This document shows positions 27,099 through 36,196 of a stretch of 64,000 nt of DNA, in pieces; position 1 is the stretch's first letter, and every line of letters begins with the position of its first letter. The notes below the pieces were generated by a model that had not been told where the DNA came from, ran no database searches, and saw nothing but the letters and a program-made list of their open reading frames with translations. Origin of the DNA: a virus (lineage: Duplodnaviria > Caudoviricetes); the IMG/VR virus record IMGVR_UViG_2840054979_000001, positions 34,281 through 98,280 of that record. One strand, given 5' to 3'. Made by a program: the position numbers and the translations under genes.

Positions 27099-29132
27099 AT
27101 GGCCCCGGCGAGCACGAAGGCAGCGAAGCAACGCCGCCTGTTCAACCGCAAGCCCGAACGCCACGGCTCGTTCGCCATGACCCAGCCGAACCGGGCCCAC
27201 GCCACGTCATCGACCGCGGCGACCCGCCAAGTCAAAGACGGCGTCAAGCCGCGCAACACGCTCGACGGCTGGCAGCCCGAGGCGTACATGTACTCCGACG
27301 AGATCGGAGAGGTCGGCTACGTCAACAACCTCAAGGCGAACTCGGCCGCCGACTGCGAACTCGTCCTGCAGGAGTACGACGCCGACGCCGACGACTGGAA
27401 GGACTCAGAGGACGTCCGAGCCGCCCGGGTGATGAAGGCGTTCGTGTCGCCGCACGGCGGCCAGTCCGAACTGATCCGCCGCGCGTTCCTGCACCTCGAC
27501 ATCGCCGGCGAGACGATGCTCGTCGGGTCGCCGACCAAGGAACTTGGCATCTCGACGGGAATCTGGTGGGAGTTCCTGTCGTCCGAAGAGCTCGTCATCA
27601 CGCGGGGCAACGCGAAGCCGCGCCGCAAGCGTGACGGCATCAGCCAGGGCGAAGACCTCGACCAGGACGCCTACATCGCCCGCCTCTACCGCAGCCATCC
27701 TCGGTTCTCCGATCTGGCAGATTCGCCGATGCGCCGCGTGCTCGGCATCTGCTCGGAGGTGCTGACGCTCACGCAGATGGTCTCGGCAATCGCCCGAAGC
27801 CGGCTCGCCGCGGGCATCTTGTACGTGCCCGAAGAGTTGTCGTTCGCCGTCGACGACGAGTCCGACGAGGTGCTCGACGCCGACGACGAGGGCTACGACG
27901 AGAACTCGATCGAACCGTTCCTCAAGGACCTCGAAGAGCACCTCAAGGCGCCAGTCGAGGACCGCACCTCCGTCGCATCGCTGGTGCCGCTGATCCTCCG
28001 CGGTCCCGCCGAGATGAAGGACAAGGTCGGTCTCATCGAGATCGCCCGCAACCTCGACACGTGGGCCCAGGAGCTTCGCAAGGAAGCCCTCAGCCGGTTG
28101 GCGACCGGCATGGACATCGACCCGGCCTACCTCGAAGGCAAGTCGCAGGTGAACCACTGGGGGACGTGGAACATCGACAACGAGTTCGTGATGAAGCACG
28201 TCGCCCCCACCGGGTCGCTCGTCGCCGACTTCGTGACCGTCGCCTACCTGCGACCCATGCTCGAGACGTTCGAAGCGATGTCGGAGGACGACGCGCTGCG
28301 GTTCCGTGTCGTGTTCGACACGTCGAAGATCATGGCCCGCTCCGACGAGGCCGCGAACGCCCGCCTGCTGCACACCGAGTTGCAGTTGTCCGACTCGTCA
28401 CTGCGATCGTCGAACGGTTTCGACGAGTCCGACGCACCCGACCCCGACGAGCTCAAGCGGCGGATGGCGTGGCGTCTGCTCGAGAAGGCGCCCGTCCAGC
28501 TGGGCCCGGCGCTCGGCCCGCTCGTCGGTCTCGACGACGTCGACTGGTCGAAGGTGACCCCGCAGCAGATCATCGGCAACCCGTCGAACCCGACCCGACC
28601 GGACCTCGACGGGCCCGACGACGTGTCCGGGATGCAGCCCCCCGAGCAGCAGTCGCAGGAAGAGGCCGAACGGATCCCCGGCATGTCGATGCTGATCGAA
28701 CGAGTCGCCACCGCCGCGGACGCCGCGGTGGACCGGGCGATCGACACGGCGGCGTCACGGGTCGTGTCGAAGGCCCGCAAGAACCTGTCGATCAAGGACC
28801 GCATCGCGACGGTCGACAAGGGCCGCGTCCTCACCGTCGTCGCCCCCGCTGATCTCGGCGAGCTCGGCTTGAATGCCGGACAGCTGCTCGCCGGCGCCTG
28901 GGACACGGTCGGGTTGAAGGTGCGCGGCTGGGTCCGCTCGTACCTCGAGCAGCGCGGCCGCGACGGACTGGCGGCCGACGACATCGCTGCGTTGGCGTCG
29001 TCGAACCTGTGCTCCGCCCTCGATCGGCTCGTCAGCGACCGGCTGCACACGCAGCTGTCGCCGAACGGCAACGGGCTGCGCGTGCCGCACCGTCTCGTGA
29101 TCGACGCGTTGGCTCACGCCGGAGTGGGGTGA
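27099..29132 (+). CDS. portal protein (cluster-B-like)
   Basis: Size and position; GEVGY, HPRFSDLADSP.R, ARSRLAAGILYVP, NHWG.W motifs. Confidence 0.8.
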   Translation: MAPASTKAAKQRRLFNRKPERHGSFAMTQPNRAHATSSTAATRQVKDGVKPRNTLDGWQPEAYMYSDEIGEVGYVNNLKANSAADCELVLQEYDADADDWKDSEDVRAARVMKAFVSPHGGQSELIRRAFLHLDIAGETMLVGSPTKELGISTGIWWEFLSSEELVITRGNAKPRRKRDGISQGEDLDQDAYIARLYRSHPRFSDLADSPMRRVLGICSEVLTLTQMVSAIARSRLAAGILYVPEELSFAVDDESDEVLDADDEGYDENSIEPFLKDLEEHLKAPVEDRTSVASLVPLILRGPAEMKDKVGLIEIARNLDTWAQELRKEALSRLATGMDIDPAYLEGKSQVNHWGTWNIDNEFVMKHVAPTGSLVADFVTVAYLRPMLETFEAMSEDDALRFRVVFDTSKIMARSDEAANARLLHTELQLSDSSLRSSNGFDESDAPDPDELKRRMAWRLLEKAPVQLGPALGPLVGLDDVDWSKVTPQQIIGNPSNPTRPDLDGPDDVSGMQPPEQQSQEEAERIPGMSMLIERVATAADAAVDRAIDTAASRVVSKARKNLSIKDRIATVDKGRVLTVVAPADLGELGLNAGQLLAGAWDTVGLKVRGWVRSYLEQRGRDGLAADDIAALASSNLCSALDRLVSDRLHTQLSPNGNGLRVPHRLVIDALAHAGVG

Positions 29133-29947
29133 TGGTCGACCTCGGCGTCGAGGCGCCGTCGTCGCTGAACGTCACCGAGATGACCGACTGGCTCGACACG
29201 GTGGCTGCCAAGCTGGCCGCCGCGGTGTCCGATGTGATGGGCGACATGGTCAACGAGGCGTTCAACGCGGCCGCGGCGTCGCCGGTAGCGACCGCTGCGT
29301 CGGTGTCGGCGGTGTCGTCGAGTTGGTCGACCTACGTCACGTCGAATCTGGCTCCGACGCTCGCCGTGCTGTTCTCGCAGGCCGGCCAGATCGGCTTCGG
29401 TCGCATCGACACGCCACTCGTCGACGTGTGGGGCATCGAGTTGGGCCGCCTGGGGCTCGTGCACGCCGACCAGCGCGCCGTACTGCTGAACAGGATCGGC
29501 AGGGACATGTCGGCCCTGGTGCGTGCACAGACCGCCGGCTACGGCAGCCTCGACCTGGGCGTCGAAGTCCCGGGCGGAGCGGTCGAGGCGATTCACCGGT
29601 TCGCCCGCACCCGCGGCGAGTCGGTCGGCTGGATGGAGGCGTACACGGCGGGCAGCCGCGGTGTGATCACCGGCCAACGAGTCATGGGCCCGGCCGGCGC
29701 GGTCGAGAAGGAATGGATCGCCGTCATGGACTCTCGGACCCGTCCGACGCATTCGATGGCGGACTCACAGACCGTGCTGATCGGCGAACAGTTCCAGGTC
29801 GGTGTCTCAATGATGGACGGCCCCCACGACCCGTCGGCCCCCTCGAACGAGGTGATGGGGTGCCGCTGCCAGCTGCGCTACCTGTACCCCGGCGACCGGC
29901 GAAGAGACGGCACAACCGTCGCACGTCCCACGCATCATGATGTGTAG
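29132..29947 (+). CDS. MuF-like minor head/morphogenesis protein
   Basis: KEWIAVMDSRTRPTH..AD.Q...F.VG...P.DP.AP..EV..CRC. Confidence 0.85.
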   Translation: MVDLGVEAPSSLNVTEMTDWLDTVAAKLAAAVSDVMGDMVNEAFNAAAASPVATAASVSAVSSSWSTYVTSNLAPTLAVLFSQAGQIGFGRIDTPLVDVWGIELGRLGLVHADQRAVLLNRIGRDMSALVRAQTAGYGSLDLGVEVPGGAVEAIHRFARTRGESVGWMEAYTAGSRGVITGQRVMGPAGAVEKEWIAVMDSRTRPTHSMADSQTVLIGEQFQVGVSMMDGPHDPSAPSNEVMGCRCQLRYLYPGDRRRDGTTVARPTHHDV

Positions 29948-29964
29948 CGGCCATACTGGTAGTC

Positions 29965-32040
29965 ATGCCGATCGTCGCGCTCCTACCGTCGGATCCCGAC
30001 GCGCTGGCCGTCGACGGCGGCGATCCAGCTGACCAGCTGCACGTCACGATCGCCTACCTCGGCGACACCGACGACGGCGTCGAAGTCGACTACCAGCTGC
30101 TCGGTGACGTCGTCGACGACGTCGCCGCCAGTTACGGGCAGATCAGTGCCGAGGTGTCCGGTGTCGGCACGCTCGGCGACCAGGGCGCGGTCGTCGCGTT
30201 CCTGCAGTCCGAGACGCTCGAACGGTTCCACGACGACATCGGCTCGGCGATCGACGCCGCCGGCATCGCCATGCCCGACCAGTTCCCGTCGTTCATCGCC
30301 CACCTGACGCTCGGCTACCCCGACGACCCGGCCCCGTTCATCGCCTCGGTCCTGTCGCTCGCCGGCACCGACATCACTTTCGACCGTGTCGGCCTGATCG
30401 AAGGCGCCGCCCCCGTCGTCGAGCACGAGCTCGCCGCCCAGCCCGCCCAAGCACCCGCAGCAGCCGCTGCATCGATCCGGGAGGAAGCCATGACCACCAC
30501 GATGACCGTTGCCGCGCCCGCCGGCACGTCGTTCCGCCTGATCCGCTCGACGGCGCTCGCCGCCACCCCCGCGGACACGGCTCCGCCCGTCGAGGCCGAC
30601 ACCGAGCCCGAGGTTGAGGTGGAGGTGGCCGCTCTCGCCGCCGAGACGGCCGCGTGGGAAGGCGTCCTCGTCGTCGAAGGCCCCATGTCCGGTGACCGCC
30701 GGCGGATCGAGCCCGGCGCGTTGACGTGGCGTGATCTGCCGTTGCCGCTGATGGTGCTGTTCGAAGCCACCCATGGACCCGACACCGTGGCGAAGGGCTC
30801 CGAGCTTGCCGGCCGCATCGACTGGATTGAACGGCGCGACAACGGCGAGGTGTGGGGCGGCGGCATCCTCGACCTGGCCTCCGAGGCCGGCAGCCGCCTG
30901 TACGACCTGATGGACAAGGAGATGCTGCGCGGCGTCTCCGTCGACCTGGACTCGACGCAGGCCAGCCTGGTCGGCGACGACGGCGAACCGCTCGACGAGC
31001 TCGCCGCCATGATGGGTCAGGGCACGATGAACCTCACGTCGGGCCGGATCATGGGCGCCACCGCGTGCGTGTTCCCGGCGTTCCAGGAGGCCGTCATCTG
31101 GCTCCGGTCGCTCGGCGACGACGGCCTGTTCGACGACGACGTGCTCGCCGAAGGCCTCGTCGCCGCCGCGGGCCCGGCGTTCGAAGGTGCGTCGGCCCGG
31201 GTGTTCACGCCGTGGCCGCACCACGCCGCGCTCGTCGCCTCGGCCGCGGGCCCGGTCGCTCCCCCGCTGGCCTGGTTCCAGCTGCCCGACAGCCCGGCCC
31301 CGGACGGCATCCGCGTGTCTCGCGAAGGTCAGGTGTACGGGTTCGCCACCGACTGGGACTCGTTCCACATCGGTGTCGGCCGGCGTGCTCCCCGCTCGAA
31401 GTCCGGCTACCGGTACTTCTGCAACAAGCAGACGTTGACCGCCGAGGGCACGCTGGTTGCCACCGGCCCGCTGATCATGGACACGGTGCATCCGTCGCTC
31501 AAGATGAACGCGTCGGACGCCCAGGCGTTCTACGCCCACACCGGCTGCGCGGTCGCCGACGTCGCTGTGTACGAGACGGCGTTCGGCATCTACGTCGCGG
31601 GCGCGGTCCGGCCGGACGCCACCCCGGAACAGGTTCGGGCACTGCGCGGGTCGGACATCTCGCCGGACTGGCGGCCGATCGGCGGCGGCCTCGAGTGCGT
31701 CGGCCTCGTCGCGGTCAACGTGTCCGGGTTCGTGCTGCCGATGGTCGCGTCCGCGGCCGGCGATGACTGGGCGAAGCCTGGCGTCCCGGCGATGCATCTC
31801 GACGTCGACACGGGCGAAGTGCTCGCCCTCGTCGCCGCGGGGATGGTGCGGAACACGACGGTCGGACAGCTGCAGCGCGAGCTCGCCGATCTGCGTGCCG
31901 AGTTCGCGTCGTTCGTCGCTCAGGCCGGCCCGGTGGTGAACCGTCTGGCTGCGGAGCGTCGTGCGGCACTGGCGGCACGGCTCGGTCCGGGCCCGCGCCG
32001 GCAGCGCCGCGATGCGCTCGCCGCGCGCTTCGACGGGTGA
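29965..32040 (+). CDS. 2H phosphoesterase domain fused to putative capsid maturation protease
   Basis: Two HxT motifs (LHVTIAYLG, AHLTLGY); then SGDRR.I..GAL, AGRID, LRGVSVD, GAT...PAF. Confidence 0.8.
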   Translation: MPIVALLPSDPDALAVDGGDPADQLHVTIAYLGDTDDGVEVDYQLLGDVVDDVAASYGQISAEVSGVGTLGDQGAVVAFLQSETLERFHDDIGSAIDAAGIAMPDQFPSFIAHLTLGYPDDPAPFIASVLSLAGTDITFDRVGLIEGAAPVVEHELAAQPAQAPAAAAASIREEAMTTTMTVAAPAGTSFRLIRSTALAATPADTAPPVEADTEPEVEVEVAALAAETAAWEGVLVVEGPMSGDRRRIEPGALTWRDLPLPLMVLFEATHGPDTVAKGSELAGRIDWIERRDNGEVWGGGILDLASEAGSRLYDLMDKEMLRGVSVDLDSTQASLVGDDGEPLDELAAMMGQGTMNLTSGRIMGATACVFPAFQEAVIWLRSLGDDGLFDDDVLAEGLVAAAGPAFEGASARVFTPWPHHAALVASAAGPVAPPLAWFQLPDSPAPDGIRVSREGQVYGFATDWDSFHIGVGRRAPRSKSGYRYFCNKQTLTAEGTLVATGPLIMDTVHPSLKMNASDAQAFYAHTGCAVADVAVYETAFGIYVAGAVRPDATPEQVRALRGSDISPDWRPIGGGLECVGLVAVNVSGFVLPMVASAAGDDWAKPGVPAMHLDVDTGEVLALVAAGMVRNTTVGQLQRELADLRAEFASFVAQAGPVVNRLAAERRAALAARLGPGPRRQRRDALAARFDG

Positions 32041-32069
32041 CGTCACCCCGGGTCTTTACCGTCGAAATA
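32041..32069 (+). promoter_or_regulatory. class II box promoter in tandem with a class I promoter
   Basis: CGTCACCCC-N7-TACCGT. Confidence 0.5.
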
Positions 32070-32083
32070 CTTCCCGACACACC

Positions 32084-32125
32084 TTGCCAACTGTCGCCCA
32101 ATAGACTACAGTAGTAGAGGTCAAC
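32084..32125 (+). promoter_or_regulatory. class I promoter/operator
   Basis: TTGCCA-N17-TACAGT-N7-GTCAAC; ACTGTCG-N9-CTACAGT. Confidence 0.75.
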
Positions 32126-32133
32126 CAACACCA

Positions 32134-32177
32134 CCCCCGGGAAGGGAAGCCCGGGGGCATCGAAAGGAACCAACGTG
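32134..32177 (+). promoter_or_regulatory. AGGGAAG-loop leader, copy 6
   Basis: CCCCCGGG-AAGGGAAG-CCCGGGGG..GAAAGGAACC..GTG. Confidence 0.85.
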
Positions 32178-33191
32178 AGACTCCGTCGAACACTCGCGGC
32201 CGCGGCCATCGCGACCGCCATCCCGCTCGCCGTCACCGCCGGCGTAGCGTCCGCCCACACGAACGACTCGAGCGTCGACTGCTCAGGCCTGTCCGTCACC
32301 GGCTCCGCCTACTGGGAGTCGCCGATCCTGCTGTCGGCCACCGTGAACGGTGAGACGACCGAGTGGGCGGTGTCCGGTCCGAACTTCAACGCTCGGTTCC
32401 CGTTCAACTACGCCGGCGACAACACCTGGTCGTACTCGATCGACCCGCCCGGCAACGCACACGACGTGTCGCGTTCGGGTGTGACCGAGGGGTGTGGTGG
32501 CCCCGTCTTGACGACGACCACAGCGGTCCCGCCCGTCACCGACCCGCCCGAGACAGATCCGCCCGAGACAGATCCTCCCGCCACCGACCCGCCAGCCCCG
32601 GTCTACGAGTTCGACCTCGACGTCGACTGCGACGACTGGTCGATCACCGCGATCACCGACGTCGTCTTCTTCATCGACGGCGGCCAGTACTACATGCCGG
32701 CCGGTACGACCGGCTACGGGTCGCAGCTGCCCGGCGACGAGACCGCGATCACGATCAACGGTGTCACCTACAGCCTCGTTGCCGACGACTGCACGCCGCC
32801 CACCGACCCGCCGGCCACCGACCCGCCGCCGACCGACCCGCCGGCCACCGATCCCCCGGCGACCGATCCCCCGGCGACCAACCCTCCCGAGACCGATCCT
32901 CCCGCGACGGACCCCGAGCCGACGGACCCGATCGACACGACCGAACCGCCCGCGGGACCGCCCACGACGGCAACCTCCGGCGCCGGGCCGAACACGACCG
33001 CACCCAGCGAGCCGCTCCCCGCACCGACACCGACCGACCCGGGCAACACGCCGCCCGCAGATCCGGCGCCCGCGGGCGAACTGCCCGCCACCGGTACCGG
33101 CACCGTCGTGCTCGTCGGCATCGCGGGCATCGCCCTGATCGCCGGCGCACTCGCGATCGGCCTGACCCGCCTGCGCCGCCAGCCCTCCTAG
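32175..33191 (+). CDS. LPXTG sortase-anchored surface protein with TDPP repeats
   Basis: Signal peptide (ASA), two small Cys-bridged domains, TDPP(E/A/P) repeats, LPATG + TM + RLRR tail. Confidence 0.85.
   Translation: MRLRRTLAAAAIATAIPLAVTAGVASAHTNDSSVDCSGLSVTGSAYWESPILLSATVNGETTEWAVSGPNFNARFPFNYAGDNTWSYSIDPPGNAHDVSRSGVTEGCGGPVLTTTTAVPPVTDPPETDPPETDPPATDPPAPVYEFDLDVDCDDWSITAITDVVFFIDGGQYYMPAGTTGYGSQLPGDETAITINGVTYSLVADDCTPPTDPPATDPPPTDPPATDPPATDPPATNPPETDPPATDPEPTDPIDTTEPPAGPPTTATSGAGPNTTAPSEPLPAPTPTDPGNTPPADPAPAGELPATGTGTVVLVGIAGIALIAGALAIGLTRLRRQPS
32802..32930 (+). repeat. 15-bp tandem repeat encoding TDPPx (second block ~32538-32600)
   Basis: ACCGACCCGCCGGCC-type units. Confidence 0.85.
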
Positions 33192-33282
33192 CCACGCCCG
33201 CCCTGCCCGTGAACGGGCGGTCCGTGCGCCACTCAGCAGCACGGACCGCCCGTCTCGCGTCCGCCCACGAAAGGAGATCGTC

Positions 33283-33513
33283 GTGGACGCCTTCATCACG
33301 TCGAGCGCCCGCAAGCACGGCCTCTCCGACGACGACATCTGGAACTGCTACCGCAACTTCCACCTCGAGCGCTGGGATGACGACGACGAGCTCTGCTGGC
33401 GCTACGGCACCGACCTCGCCGGCAACGACCTTGAGATAGCGTTTCTGACGAGATCCGATGACGTCGACGTCATCGTTCACGCCCTGCGGGTGGCGCACCC
33501 GCCGACACCATGA
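33283..33513 (+). CDS. putative type II toxin (RelE/HigB-like actinobacterial family)
   Basis: ITSSARKHG.SDDDI...G.D..G..LEI...IVHA; GAAAGGAG SD. Confidence 0.65.
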   Translation: MDAFITSSARKHGLSDDDIWNCYRNFHLERWDDDDELCWRYGTDLAGNDLEIAFLTRSDDVDVIVHALRVAHPPTP

Positions 33514-33785
33514 AGCGATACACGCAAGCCGAGATCGACGAGATGGCCGAGAGCGGCGAGCTCGACGCGATGGTCGCACGGTCGAAGGCCCGCATCGAGG
33601 CGGGCGACCCAGCGATCCTGACGATCGACGGGCCAGCCCTCGTCGCCCTCGCCCGAGTGGCCCGCCACCCGGATGCGACCGACGAGCAGATCGACGATGC
33701 CGTCGCGGCGGCACGCAAGGCCGGGCACACCTGGACGGAGATCGAACCCGTCCTGCACGCCGCTCGGGGCCGCGTGACGGCCTGA
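33510..33785 (+). CDS. putative antitoxin
   Basis: ATGA coupling to toxin; AVAAARKAGHTWTEI HTH-start motif. Confidence 0.6.
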   Translation: MKRYTQAEIDEMAESGELDAMVARSKARIEAGDPAILTIDGPALVALARVARHPDATDEQIDDAVAAARKAGHTWTEIEPVLHAARGRVTA

Positions 33786-33798
33786 CCAGGCGCTTTTC

Positions 33799-33852
33799 TC
33801 GCCGCACCCCTTGACAACTGTAGCCGTCTAGACTACGGTTAGAGGGGTCAAC
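33799..33852 (+). promoter_or_regulatory. class I promoter/operator
   Basis: TCGCCGCA-N4-TTGACA-N17-TACGGT-N7-GTCAAC; ACTGTAG-N9-CTACGGT. Confidence 0.85.
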
Positions 33853-33860
33853 AACTCCAC

Positions 33861-33905
33861 CCCACCGGAAGGGAAGCCGGCGGGAGAGAAAGGAACCCAA
33901 CGATG
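33861..33905 (+). promoter_or_regulatory. AGGGAAG-loop leader, copy 7
   Basis: CCCACCGG-AAGGGAAG-CCGGCGGG..GAAAGGAACCC..ATG. Confidence 0.85.
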
Positions 33906-34274
33906 GACACGACGCTCGCCTTCGACATCACCAAGCCGTACACGCTCGGACGGCAACTGGTCGACGAGCACGGGATCGACCCCTCGATCGTCGAGATCGT
34001 CATGGAAGGGTTCAAGGCCCGCCAGCGCATCGAAGAGCAGCTGACGCACAAGGCCGACGAGCTCCAAGCGATCGCCAGCCGCATCAGGCTCGCCATCGCC
34101 AACAACCTGCACGCCAACGTGTTCGCCCAGCCCGGCAGGGACGCCGTCGACATCGAAGCGTTGCTCGCCCGTCGCGCTGACGCCATCGAGCACCTGCAGC
34201 AGCTGCTCGGGATGCTGCGCACCATCAACCAGCCGGTCGCCGACGCCCTCCACAGCGCCGCGTTCGGCAGCTGA
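33903..34274 (+). CDS. hypothetical early protein (helical)
   Basis: Conserved leader. Confidence 0.7.
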   Translation: MDTTLAFDITKPYTLGRQLVDEHGIDPSIVEIVMEGFKARQRIEEQLTHKADELQAIASRIRLAIANNLHANVFAQPGRDAVDIEALLARRADAIEHLQQLLGMLRTINQPVADALHSAAFGS

Positions 34275-34294
34275 CCAACCATCCACCAACCACA

Positions 34295-34339
34295 GCCCCC
34301 GGGGAGGGAAGCCCCGGGGGCCCGAAAGGAACCCACATG
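34295..34339 (+). promoter_or_regulatory. AGGGAAG-loop leader, copy 8
   Basis: GCCCCCGGGG-AGGGAAG-CCCCGGGGGC..GAAAGGAACCC..ATG; C/A tract upstream. Confidence 0.85.
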
Positions 34340-34678
34340 CTGCAACCGCACCAAGACGCCCGGGCACGGGCGATCGACAAATTCATGCGCGGCGTCACCT
34401 CGGTCGAACCCGACGGCGACACCGTCTACGCCGCCTGGCAGGTGGCGTCGACCTGGGCCCGCTGGAACGTCGAAGACGAGCCGTGCGACTGGTCCGGCCC
34501 GCTCGACCACATGCACTCGCCGCTCGATGCCCACCCGACCGACCCGAAGGTCCGGGAGGCGTGCACGCTGGCGTCGATCGCGGCGATCCAGCTGATGAAC
34601 GCCACCCCGCATGTTGCCCTCGCGTCGATGAATGCTGAGGAACGCTGGTACGCGCTGAACGACGGGTGGGTGTCATGA
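34337..34678 (+). CDS. hypothetical early protein
   Basis: Conserved leader. Confidence 0.7.
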   Translation: MLQPHQDARARAIDKFMRGVTSVEPDGDTVYAAWQVASTWARWNVEDEPCDWSGPLDHMHSPLDAHPTDPKVREACTLASIAAIQLMNATPHVALASMNAEERWYALNDGWVS

Positions 34679-34971
34679 CCGACCGCACCGACCGACCGAT
34701 CGTCGCCCGCCGCCCCAACGGCCCACCCGAGAAGCGAAATCAGCCGTTCGCCGTCTCGTGGTTCGCTCCCGTCGTGTACGTCCTCGACGACGGCACCGAA
34801 CAGCCCGCCACCGTCGGCCCGTACTCCCGGAAGCGTGACGCCGTCGCCGGCTCGACGGAACTGACCGGGATCACGAACATGACGGCCAGCTACCACGACG
34901 GCGAGTTCTTCGGCACCCGCACCACGGTCCCGACCGTCGCGTTCCTCGAAGCCCTGCAGGCAGGCCGCTGA
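34675..34971 (+). CDS. hypothetical protein
   Basis: ATGA coupling. Confidence 0.55.
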   Translation: MTDRTDRPIVARRPNGPPEKRNQPFAVSWFAPVVYVLDDGTEQPATVGPYSRKRDAVAGSTELTGITNMTASYHDGEFFGTRTTVPTVAFLEALQAGR

Positions 34972-35762
34972 TGGGCGCCTACCAAGACCGGCTCGACGCC
35001 CGACGCCAACGCCTCGAGGACCGCGCCGCGGCGACCCGGGCCGACGCCGAACAGCGACTCGCCACGGTGCACGCCGAGTACGACGCCATCCCGTTCGGCC
35101 AGCCGATCATGGGAGCCAGCGACGCACGGCGCCGCGAGAAGCTGCGCGAGCGCACCGGCCGAGCGTTCCGCAGGCTCGACGAGGCCAAGGCGCTCGAGCA
35201 GCGCGCTGCCGCGGTCGGCACCGCCGGCATCTCGTCCGACGACGAGAACGCGGTGGCGAAGCTGCAGGCGAAGCTCGCCAAGCTGGATCGCCGCCAGGAG
35301 TTCATGAAGGCCGTGAACGGTGCGATCCGCCGCAGCGCCAAGAAGGGCGCCGACGCGCAGGTCGCCGCGATGGTCGCGCTCGGCTACGACGGCCTCGACG
35401 AGGACGTCGCCCGCAAGCTGCTCGAACCGGACTTCTGCGGCCGGATCGGGTTCCCGTCGTACGCGCTGTCGAACGGCAATGCCGAGACCCGCCGGATCCG
35501 GCTGCGCATCGCCGAGCTCGAAGCGAAGGCCGCGGCGCCAGCGATCGAAGGAGGCTCGAACGGCGACGTCAGCTGGGGTGAGGACAAGGAGTTGAACCGG
35601 ATCTGGATCGCCTTCCCAGGCAAGCCTGACGACGACACACGCCGAGCGTTGAAGTCGGCCGGGTTCCGGTGGGCGCCCAGCGTGAACCGCTGGCAACGCC
35701 AGACGTCGAACGCCGCCGAGTACCACGCCAAGCGGATCGTCGAAGGCCTGGCGGCGTCATGA
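34971..35762 (+). CDS. DUF3560-family protein with polyvalent-protein-type C-terminal domain
   Basis: IPFGQPI, GISSDD..A..KL, F.SY.LSN..A..RR, NRI.I.FPGKP...R..LK..GFRWAPS..WQR. Confidence 0.85.
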   Translation: MGAYQDRLDARRQRLEDRAAATRADAEQRLATVHAEYDAIPFGQPIMGASDARRREKLRERTGRAFRRLDEAKALEQRAAAVGTAGISSDDENAVAKLQAKLAKLDRRQEFMKAVNGAIRRSAKKGADAQVAAMVALGYDGLDEDVARKLLEPDFCGRIGFPSYALSNGNAETRRIRLRIAELEAKAAAPAIEGGSNGDVSWGEDKELNRIWIAFPGKPDDDTRRALKSAGFRWAPSVNRWQRQTSNAAEYHAKRIVEGLAAS

Positions 35763-36196
35763 GCGGCCGCACGCTGCTCGGCTCGATCGCCTACGCCCTG
35801 TGCGCCCACGACGAGTCCGACGACCCCGACTACGGCAACGACAACATCGCCGCCTGGATCGAGCGGCAGCTGATCGCCGACGGGCACGTCGCCGCACCGG
35901 CCCCGGGCACGCTTCCGGCCGACGCCGAAGCGATCAGCTTCGCTCGCAGCGTGGTGACCGACCTGGACGCCGACGGCATCGAAGAAGCCGACATCTACGC
36001 CACCGAGACGTTGCGGCACCACCAGTACATGCTCGCCGGCGGCGGCGACGCCGCCTGGCTGCACATCGTCGAGCTCGACAGCGGCGGCCTGGACCACGCC
36101 TACGTCGAAGCGAACCGGTGGGGGCACAAGGCGTTCGTCCCGATCGCGCCGCCACTCGCCCACCGGCTCGCCGACCAGATCGAGTCTGCGCTGTGA
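35759..36196 (+). CDS. hypothetical protein
   Basis: ATGA coupling. Confidence 0.55.
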   Translation: MSGRTLLGSIAYALCAHDESDDPDYGNDNIAAWIERQLIADGHVAAPAPGTLPADAEAISFARSVVTDLDADGIEEADIYATETLRHHQYMLAGGGDAAWLHIVELDSGGLDHAYVEANRWGHKAFVPIAPPLAHRLADQIESAL

